Assembly: GCF_000014265.1 (NCBI RefSeq)
Contig: NC_008312.1
Location: 6,570,001-6,602,000 of the forward strand
From: Trichodesmium erythraeum IMS101
Lineage (GTDB): Bacteria > Cyanobacteriota > Cyanobacteriia > Cyanobacteriales > Microcoleaceae
Direction of reading: 5' to 3'
DNA: 32,000 bases
Shown here: positions 24,822 through 32,000 of the stretch, in pieces
Position numbering within the stretch: the stretch's first letter is position 1
Layout of the letters: each line of letters starts with the position of its first letter
Made by a program: the position numbers and the translations under genes
The notes under the pieces: generated by a model
The model's database searches: none
The model's input: the letters and a program-made list of their open reading frames with translations, nothing else
What the model was told of the DNA's origin: nothing

Positions 24822-27800
24822 TTATTGACTAGCACTAATAATTTTACTTGCTTCAACCTGATAATGTTCAATCTTATTCAAAGGTTCCCACCCTAACTTT
24901 ACCGGGTTATTAATCGTATAAACTTCTGAATTTGTCGCACAATTAAAAACTACATAAAGCCAATAATCTCCTTGCAACCTAGCAGCAGTTTGATACTCAT
25001 TATTTGTTAAAACCACAGTACCTACAGTTGCCCTACCTTTTACCTCAATAAATCTTACACTAATAGCCGTTTGAATATCTTCGGGATGAGGTTTCCGAGA
25101 AATCAAATCAAAACCCCGATTTTGGTTTTCTACACTCTCCACTTGCCAACCCCTCCCCCTTTCATACTCCATTACCTTATCAATAGCAATACACTCAATA
25201 TCCCGATCGCTCACCATAGGAGCTAACTCTGGAGAAGAGCGTTCTGGATGGGGCAAAACCAGAGCGCAACCATAATGATGCACCCCCGAAATAGCACAAC
25301 TCGCCTCTTTTTCCAACTCCTCCCGGCGAGACTCCAACCTACCATTCAACTCAAACAAACGGTCATCCATCTGTTTTATTCGCCCATCTAACCCTGCCTC
25401 CTTAGAACCCGCTTCCTTTTCTGCGTGTAACTCAGCAAACTGGCATTGTACCCGGTCAATAATTGTATTCAAACTAATCTCTGTATGATTAAGAATACTC
25501 TTGACTTCCTGCTGACGTTGTGCTAAATTTTCTGCCAAGAATGGCTGCAACGCTTTTTCATATAGAGCCAATTCTACCCATTCTAACCTCGGTCTTTCCA
25601 TATCCACCTCTGACAACTCCGACAATTCCGCCACAGCTAAATCTAAAAACACAGTAGGTTGACGTACTATCATTTCACCATCAGACCTTGTTTCTACTAC
25701 AAACAACCGCTCATGCAGTTTCCGTCCCCGACCATCCACAATAGCAGCAGCAAACACATCTAAATAACTAGGTTTCCGGCGATGCAAATCATAAAATATT
25801 GCCCCCCGTTGTAAATCTTCCGTGACTATTTCCCCTACTTTTTCTCGCACACATTCAAATAAAGGATGCCCCGGTGTCACCCATTCCAAGGTAGGGTCAC
25901 TTTTGAGTAAGTCCTTATCAAAGATAATTTTTTTATATTCTCGCCCTAGTTTGCCATATTGAGGTTCCAAGCGATCGCCCACAGACCACAAAGTACGAGG
26001 CAGTTTTCCCACTCGATAAATGTGGGAATTTTTCTTGACTTCCTTAGGATGAATACCTGCTATGGGAGCAGCTTTGAGAAAGAAATTTTCAATACTTCTT
26101 GGCATCAGTCGGTTTTCCTTAGCTTCAGTAGACTTACCTATTAATTTAGATAGGTTAAGCTCCCGTTTTGCTAATCCTTCTAAAGCTGAATTAGTAATTT
26201 TTTGAAAATGTTTGCTGTCTACCTGTTGGACAATTCTATCTTTGATACCATCCTCACTAATATTACGAGCATACATATCTCGTAACATCTTTTCTAGTTG
26301 GTTAGCAGGAAAAATATCTCCCAAAACATTAAAGACTTTACCCGTATTTTCGGGGTCTAAGTCAGCTTCGATGGCGTAAATACGTTCAAACAGTTTCCAC
26401 AAAACCCTACCTTCTCTGGTATTAGTAGCAACAAAGTTAAAAATTAGACAGTCTTTTTCCTGCCCATAACGGTGAGTTCTACCCATACGTTGTTCTAAAC
26501 GGACTGGGTTCCAGGGAATATCATAATTAATAGTTAGCCAACAAAACTGTAAATTAATACCCTCTCCTGCTGCTTCGGTAGCAACTAATATCTGTGCATC
26601 TTCACGAAACTCTCGTTCAGCGTAAATACGAGTTTGGGGAGTATCCCGGTCTCCTATTTTCATCCCCCCATGAATTTGAGTTACTGATAATTTCCAGCCT
26701 CGAAGTTTGCCAACCAAATAATCTAATGTGTCTTTATGTTCGGTAAAAATTAATAGTTTCATCTTCCGGTCTTGGAAAATACCTTTGCTAGTTATTATTT
26801 CTTTTAGCTTGACTAATTTTGATTCTATTTCCCGTTTTTCTAACTCTAAAGCTAAATAAATTAACCTGGTTAATTGAGCAATTTCATCTTGTAAATTTCC
26901 AGGATTTACTGAAGCTACTACTGACTCTAAACTTTCCCTGATTTTATTCTGTTCCTGCTCAGTTAAATCCTCAAAATCATTAGGCAAATGACGACTAATT
27001 TTTTGTTCTCGATAACCTTGAGGATCATCGATAATTTTTTGTCGTTTTTCTTTCATCCGTTCCAAACTGCGACGGATAGCAAACATACTAGAAGCAAACC
27101 GACGTTGTAGCATTGCCATAGTAAAACCTAATGCTCTTCCCCTAGCAGAATTATCTTTAGAAGCTTTAATTGATTGGTCTTCAACATAGCGAGTTAGAGC
27201 ATCGTAAAAGTCTAATTCAGCATCATCTATTTGAAATTCAATAGTTTCTACTTTACGGTTAGGAAAAAGTTTTTTTACTTCCTTAGTTTCGGGGTCAGGA
27301 AATGTGACAAGTGCTTCTTTTGTTCGGCGTAAATAAAAAGGAGCTACATTGTTTACCATTGCCTCCTCTAAACTTCTCACATCCCCATAAACATCTTTAT
27401 CTAATAGTTCTAAAAATAGACAAAAATTTTTAGGGTCACCTTTGTGGGGAGTAGCCGTCATTAATAAATAATGATCAGTCATTTCTGATAGTTTTTCTCC
27501 TAACTGATAAGCTAAAGTTTTTTTATCAGATTTATAAGCACTCATTTTATGGGCTTCATCAACAATAATTAAATCCCAATTAGAACGCAATAAACTTTCT
27601 TTAGCATCTTGAATCCGAGAAACCCAAGAAACAGAAGTAACAATTTGAGATTTTTCTTGCCAAGGATTATTACCATAATTAGCTCTGAGAATGTCACCTT
27701 TTACTACTTCAAAATCTTCTCTAAACTTATCCTTAAGTTCCCGTTGCCATTGAAAAGTTAGATTAGCAGGAGCTACAATTAATGTGCGTTGAACTAATCC

Positions 27801-28238
27801 CCTAATTTTTAACTCTTTCAACAATAAACCAGCCATAATAGTTTTACCAGCTCCTGGGTCATCTGCTAGTAGAAACCTAATTCGAGGTAACTTAAGAAAG
27901 TAATCATAAACGGCTTCTAACTGATGAGGTAGGGGGTCTACACGAGCGATCGCTAAGGAAAAATAGGGGTCATATTCGTAGGCTAATTTCCAACGTAAGG
28001 CCTCTACTCCTAAGCGAAAACTGGCAGAATTGCCATCAAAAAGTTTGGTCTTGGTAATAGCACTAAGAGAAGCAATTTGTTGAGGAGTAAGAATAGGGTC
28101 ATAAACTTGATTTGTTTGAGTTCCTTTACCAATTAATTTGATAGATTCCCCCATATGATTTGTAGTAATTATCTGAACTGGTTCAGAGAACAAAGAACCT
28201 GTAATTATTATGTTTGGTTGCAGTTCTGTTATTTGCAT
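24822..28238 (-). CDS. SNF2-family helicase with a C-terminal DUF3883 (restriction-endonuclease-like) domain
   Basis: Helicase motifs are LLADDPGAGKT (I), DLIIVDEAHKM (II), LLMTATPHKG (III), LVATEAAGEGINLQ and WNPVRLEQRMGRTHRYGQ (VI). The C-terminus GFDLISRKP...RFIEVKGR...VVLTNNEYQTAARLQGDYWLYVV is the DUF3883 pattern. Confidence 0.9.
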   Translation of the reverse strand: MQITELQPNIIITGSLFSEPVQIITTNHMGESIKLIGKGTQTNQVYDPILTPQQIASLSAITKTKLFDGNSASFRLGVEALRWKLAYEYDPYFSLAIARVDPLPHQLEAVYDYFLKLPRIRFLLADDPGAGKTIMAGLLLKELKIRGLVQRTLIVAPANLTFQWQRELKDKFREDFEVVKGDILRANYGNNPWQEKSQIVTSVSWVSRIQDAKESLLRSNWDLIIVDEAHKMSAYKSDKKTLAYQLGEKLSEMTDHYLLMTATPHKGDPKNFCLFLELLDKDVYGDVRSLEEAMVNNVAPFYLRRTKEALVTFPDPETKEVKKLFPNRKVETIEFQIDDAELDFYDALTRYVEDQSIKASKDNSARGRALGFTMAMLQRRFASSMFAIRRSLERMKEKRQKIIDDPQGYREQKISRHLPNDFEDLTEQEQNKIRESLESVVASVNPGNLQDEIAQLTRLIYLALELEKREIESKLVKLKEIITSKGIFQDRKMKLLIFTEHKDTLDYLVGKLRGWKLSVTQIHGGMKIGDRDTPQTRIYAEREFREDAQILVATEAAGEGINLQFCWLTINYDIPWNPVRLEQRMGRTHRYGQEKDCLIFNFVATNTREGRVLWKLFERIYAIEADLDPENTGKVFNVLGDIFPANQLEKMLRDMYARNISEDGIKDRIVQQVDSKHFQKITNSALEGLAKRELNLSKLIGKSTEAKENRLMPRSIENFFLKAAPIAGIHPKEVKKNSHIYRVGKLPRTLWSVGDRLEPQYGKLGREYKKIIFDKDLLKSDPTLEWVTPGHPLFECVREKVGEIVTEDLQRGAIFYDLHRRKPSYLDVFAAAIVDGRGRKLHERLFVVETRSDGEMIVRQPTVFLDLAVAELSELSEVDMERPRLEWVELALYEKALQPFLAENLAQRQQEVKSILNHTEISLNTIIDRVQCQFAELHAEKEAGSKEAGLDGRIKQMDDRLFELNGRLESRREELEKEASCAISGVHHYGCALVLPHPERSSPELAPMVSDRDIECIAIDKVMEYERGRGWQVESVENQNRGFDLISRKPHPEDIQTAISVRFIEVKGRATVGTVVLTNNEYQTAARLQGDYWLYVVFNCATNSEVYTINNPVKLGWEPLNKIEHYQVEASKIISASQ

Positions 28239-28599
28239 TTGTTGCAGATTATTTTAGACTGGGGTTGACAATAGATAAATTCTACCCCGATGAGGTTTTA
28301 TTATCAAAACTTAACTTAAAAAGAAAGCAGAGGATGGGTAGGAGTAATTTATGAATTGCTTCTTATTGTGCGTACCATATTGGAGAGTTTTTAAATCGGT
28401 GCTGAGTACCCAATTCGCAATCGCAAGCATCTTCTCTTGAAGTTCTCGCAAATTATCTAAAATTATAATTTTTTTTGAAAAAAAATACTATAGTTCGCGT
28501 CATAAAGTGCAAGTTTATAAAGTTTTGTAAAGTTGCCTCTCACTGCCTGCTACCGTTTACTTTATCCTATTAGTAATACCATATAGAAAACTATACAGG

Positions 28600-29399
28600 T
28601 TTTGAAATAGACTAAGTTCTTCAAAGAAATTAGGCCCTTTTGGTGTGACAAAGCTCTTGGTTAGATAGAGGATTAGTTTTGTGTAAAGAGGCAAAGCTAA
28701 ACCAGGATAAACAGGTTTTTGAGCCTATCCTACCTAGGAATGTCAAAATTGTCTCTGACAACTTGTCGAAAATAGTCAAAGAGATTATATTAGTAATGAA
28801 ACCCAAGAACTGATTGATAAATTAAAATAGAGAAAAAATTAGTTTGGCTGGTATAATCCGTGTAATAGGTATGTCAAAAAAATAGCCCCAGAATTACGTC
28901 AATAATAAGTATGCTCAGGTTTCACGCTCTATTAAATGTACTAAAAAAAACCGGTAAACTCACCATTCAATGTGATGAAATGTGGTCATTTATAGGCAAT
29001 AAAAATAATAAACAATGGCTGTGGTTAGCGATTGATATAGAAACTCAATAAATTGTGGGTTTCTACTTAGGGGAAAGAGGAGAAAAAGGGGCAGCATAGA
29101 TTATGGAATTCTAACCCACGGTGTCTTAAGGCCGTGTGCAGTTTGTTATACAGATTTTGGGTCAGCTTACGAGCTTGTTTTTCCTGATTACAAGACATAA
29201 ATCAGTGGGGAATATTCAGGTTGAACAACTTATATAGAAAGATTAAATAATACTTTGCGTCAAAGAATTTCTCGGTTGGTCAGAAAGACTTTATCCTTTT
29301 CTAAAAAGCTTCGGTCCCATCTAGGAGATATTTGGTATTTCATTAATCATTATAATGAAGCGATCGCTTCACTGTAATTTTATCACTACATATACAGGA
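28600..29399 (+). mobile_element. decayed IS1-family element (copy B carries the right end; left boundary uncertain)
   Basis: Frames read EKISLAGIIRVIGMSKK*, then KKTGKLTIQCDEMWSFIGNKNNKQWLWLAIDIETQ*IVGFYLGERG and TDFW...NNTLRQRISRLVR...IWYFINHYNEAIASL*. Stops and frameshifts show it is inactive. Confidence 0.7.
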
Positions 29400-29810
29400 A
29401 CACCTAAATTTAAAAGTGCAGACCATATTTTAACCAAAGTAAATAACATGACTAGGGCGAATAAATTAATCGGACTTTCCCCATTATTTGACCAAAGAAT
29501 TGTAGAACTAAGTTTAGAAATTCTACCAAAATATAAATTATCCGGCGCAGATGAAAAAGCAGTATTAAAACAAGCAGTAGCAGACCTATTACCAGAGAAA
29601 ATATTAACCCGTCCCAAAAGTGGAATGATGGTACCTGTTAACTTTTGGTTTCGTAAAATATGGCAGCGTCGAACCAAGAATTTATTGTTAAGTAAAAAAG
29701 CAGCGATCGCTCCCTATATCAATCAAGATTTAATCAAAGATTGGTTAAATTATCAGGGAGATACTTGGAGGCGTTATGGAATTAAACTTTGGTTATTAGT
29801 TAGCCTATAA
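29400..29810 (+). pseudogene. asparagine synthase family gene, C-terminal fragment
   Basis: SPLFDQRIVELSLEILPKYKLSGADEKAVLKQAVADLLPEKILTRPKSGMMVPVNFWF is the C-terminal synthetase-domain pattern. The track ORF 29355-29810 borrows its start from IS1-end sequence. Confidence 0.65.
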
Positions 29811-29899
29811 ATTTGGCTACAAGTTAATCGTAAATAAACTAATATAAGCTAGACTCAATAACAAAAAAATCACAATTATTGGTAAGTTTTGTTGTAGCA

Positions 29900-29948
29900 G
29901 TAAACCCAACATATATATATAATAGAAATCGGTTTTTGTTGGGTTTAC
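29900..29948. terminator. 12-bp perfect hairpin between convergent genes (possible bidirectional terminator)
   Basis: gtaaacccaaca (29900-29911) pairs with tgttgggtttac (29937-29948). A T-run (ttttt) precedes the 3' arm. Confidence 0.35.
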
Positions 29949-30205
29949 CTAGAGCTTAACCCAGCCTAAAGTATTATGAGTATAGCTTCAAAAAACATAG
30001 AAAATTTAGACTTGACCAAAACTATCAGATGCAAAAAAACCTATATTTTGACTACTACTATGTAGGTACGTTCCATGGAACGTACTCACTGTAGTCTACT
30101 AAAATAAAAAGCGCTGTATTGGTTGATATATCCCTTGAATTATTATCAGGTAGATGAAAAAAATCATTACTTGTTTACCCCTACCATCATTCTTACCTTT
30201 GACTT

Positions 30206-31207
30206 TCATTTCCCATGTCGTTTTTGATGCCACTGCCAAGCATGACTAACTATTTCCTTAACCTCTGGATATTTCGGAGACCAACCCAACACTTTCCTGG
30301 CTTTCTCACTACTCCCTACCAAAATAGGTGGATCTCCAGGTCGGCGATCGCGCTCCTCCACTTTAAACTCTCTACCAGTTACTTGCTTCACAGTCTCTAT
30401 CACTTCCCTAACCGAAAACCCATTACCATTGCCCAAATTAAAAATATTGCTCTCACCACCATTCAACAAATATTCTAACCCCAAAACATGAGCATCCGCT
30501 AAATCACACACATGAATATAATCTCGAATACAAGTACCATCAGGAGTCTTATAATTTGTGCCAAAAATTGATATAGAATCTCGCTTGCCCAATGCTGCAA
30601 ACAATACCAGAGGAATTAAATGAGTTTCCGGGTTATGATCTTCCCCAGTCAAACCATTAGGATGTGCTCCTGCTGCATTAAAGTAGCGAAAACAAACCGA
30701 CTTAAAATCATAAGCGATCTCAAAATCTGCAAGTATTTGCTCTATCATCCGCTTACTTGCACCATAAGGGTTAATTGGATTTTTCGGATGATCCTCGGGA
30801 ATAGGAATGGTTTGTGGTTTCCCATAAATAGCAGCAGTTGAAGAGAAAACAAACTTTTTTATGGATGCTTTAAGCATCGCTTCTAATAATGTTAGTGTCC
30901 CAACTACATTATTGTGGTAATATTTCTGCGGATCCTTTACTGATTCACCGACAAAAATATATGCTGCAAAATGCATTACTGCAGCAATGTTGTGAGTAGC
31001 AAAAATTTTATCTAATAAAGAGCGATCGCTAGTATCCCCAACAATCATTTCTACCTTCAGGACATTTTCTACAATGTCCCGATGTCCATAGACGAGGTTA
31101 TCCAAAATCACTATATCATAACCTGCATTTTGTAAAGCCTGAACTGCATGGGAACCAATATATCCTGCTCCCCCACTCACTAAAATCGTTGGCTTGGTTT
31201 GTGACAC
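30206..31207 (-). CDS. galE: UDP-glucose 4-epimerase
   Basis: ILVSGGAGYIGSH is the Rossmann motif, YGASK is the catalytic YxxxK, and the protein shows GalE-like sequence over its full 333 aa. Confidence 0.9.
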   Translation of the reverse strand: MSQTKPTILVSGGAGYIGSHAVQALQNAGYDIVILDNLVYGHRDIVENVLKVEMIVGDTSDRSLLDKIFATHNIAAVMHFAAYIFVGESVKDPQKYYHNNVVGTLTLLEAMLKASIKKFVFSSTAAIYGKPQTIPIPEDHPKNPINPYGASKRMIEQILADFEIAYDFKSVCFRYFNAAGAHPNGLTGEDHNPETHLIPLVLFAALGKRDSISIFGTNYKTPDGTCIRDYIHVCDLADAHVLGLEYLLNGGESNIFNLGNGNGFSVREVIETVKQVTGREFKVEERDRRPGDPPILVGSSEKARKVLGWSPKYPEVKEIVSHAWQWHQKRHGK

Positions 31208-31515
31208 TTTTTCAGTTTCCTTTTAAGTATTAATTTAGCCTTGGTACTTGGCACTTATACCCCAATACAGTTCACTTAAGGATTTTTTTAGGCAGTTTTT
31301 ATCATCTGGGGAGCTACTCTAATAGTTCCATACATACCTGAGTTTTGGTCTCATCTGAACCCTATTGAATCATAACCGGAGCCACCAAAAAATTAATCTT
31401 AAAAGATCCCTACACTATATTTAATTCTTTCTTATCACTATACAGCAGAAAATTTCCAATCTCTTTGAGGAGATTGGAATTACAGAAAGCTACTATCAAT
31501 CTGGAAACTTTTGTG

Positions 31516-31983
31516 TTATGCTTTTAATACGAAATGTTTTTGAATAACTTGAGGAATTTCTGCTGAACGAATACGACTATATTTAGCTTTCTGGGGCATA
31601 ACTATTATATTGGGTCCAGCTTTACATTTTTTCAGACATCCTGTCTTCTTGATTTTTACCTGGTCTTGTAAATCATGCTCGCTCAATGCTTTAGACAATG
31701 CTTTACAAATTTTACTTGCACCTCGTTTTTCACAATCGGATTTTTGACATACCAAAATTTCAGCTTTTTTACCTACACATTTAGCATTACCTTCAGTCGT
31801 TTTTTGAGATTTACTAGATATCTCCTCAGTATCGGGCAACTTCATTTCTGTTAGTTGACTTGATGACTTTTCAAGTAATGCTACAGGCTGACTTGGCCAT
31901 ATTTCTGTAGCTTTTGCAGTAAAATCTGGTGTAATCTTAAAAGCCTTAAGCTCTTCTTCACCAGTTTTTTTACATAATGCCAT
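31516..31983 (-). CDS. thioredoxin-like [2Fe-2S] ferredoxin domain protein
   Basis: The C-terminal half has CQKSDC (Cx4C) and GCLKKC (Cx3C) with GPNIIV, the pattern of thioredoxin-like 2Fe-2S ferredoxins. The N-terminal ~70 aa are low complexity. Confidence 0.6.
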   Translation of the reverse strand: MALCKKTGEEELKAFKITPDFTAKATEIWPSQPVALLEKSSSQLTEMKLPDTEEISSKSQKTTEGNAKCVGKKAEILVCQKSDCEKRGASKICKALSKALSEHDLQDQVKIKKTGCLKKCKAGPNIIVMPQKAKYSRIRSAEIPQVIQKHFVLKA

Positions 31984-32000
31984 TTCACCTTTGATTTTCA

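Noticed and set aside
25959-26144. 61-aa plus-strand ORF
   Set aside because: It is antisense within the SNF2 helicase gene.
29369-29677. 102-aa minus-strand ORF
   Set aside because: It is antisense to the asnB-like C-terminal fragment and has no motif.
29355-29810. 151-aa ORF as an intact gene
   Set aside because: It is a chimeric reading frame. The first ~15 codons come from the IS1 right end and the rest is the C-terminal fragment of an asparagine-synthase-like gene.
30215-30841. Plus-strand ORFs of 87 and 73 aa
   Set aside because: They are antisense within galE.

Overview
AT-rich window with frequent GCGATCGC (HIP1) palindromes (e.g. 7641-7648) and heptameric tandem repeats. These point to a filamentous, Nostocales-like cyanobacterium. 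It reads as a mosaic accessory or defence island, not core genome.

- **1-5470:** a tight plus-strand operon of about 11 small uncharacterised genes. It contains a tandem minimal ParB/DUF262-like pair and three or four tandem ~130-aa paralogs. It ends in a ParA/MinD-like ATPase with a rewritten P-loop.
- **5541-5958:** a 418-bp imperfect palindrome carrying mirrored ATGACAG box arrays. I consider the operon plus this palindrome the best candidate for something undescribed.
- **6.5-7.5 kb:** decayed gene fragments (ABC exporter ATPase, Uma2 endonuclease N-terminus).
- **7622-9505:** an HTH-TIR-AAA_35 (STAND-like) protein.
- **9712-14580:** an FAD monooxygenase, a very AT-rich two-gene module (ABC-type ATPase plus DUF3226/Toprim-like protein), and an isocitrate-lyase/PEP-mutase family enzyme. 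This block is bracketed by two copies of the AAA_35 gene 3' end.
- **15.3-29.8 kb:** an asparagine-synthase-like gene split into N- and C-terminal remnants. Each remnant abuts a ~236-bp copy of an IS1-family right end.
  - Between the copies lie an IS630 transposase fragment and a truncated UvrD-like helicase fragment.
  - The main cargo is a minus-strand operon: SNF2/DUF3883 helicase, DUF1156 DPPY methyltransferase, a UPF0175 antitoxin with a DUF3368 PIN toxin, a 192-aa unknown protein, and a DUF499 ATPase. This is a helicase-methylase-ATPase anti-phage type with an embedded toxin-antitoxin pair.
- **Right edge:** ordinary housekeeping genes (galE and a thioredoxin-like 2Fe-2S ferredoxin).

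No rRNA, tRNA or CRISPR array was recognised. All family calls come from motif recognition by eye. No searches were run.
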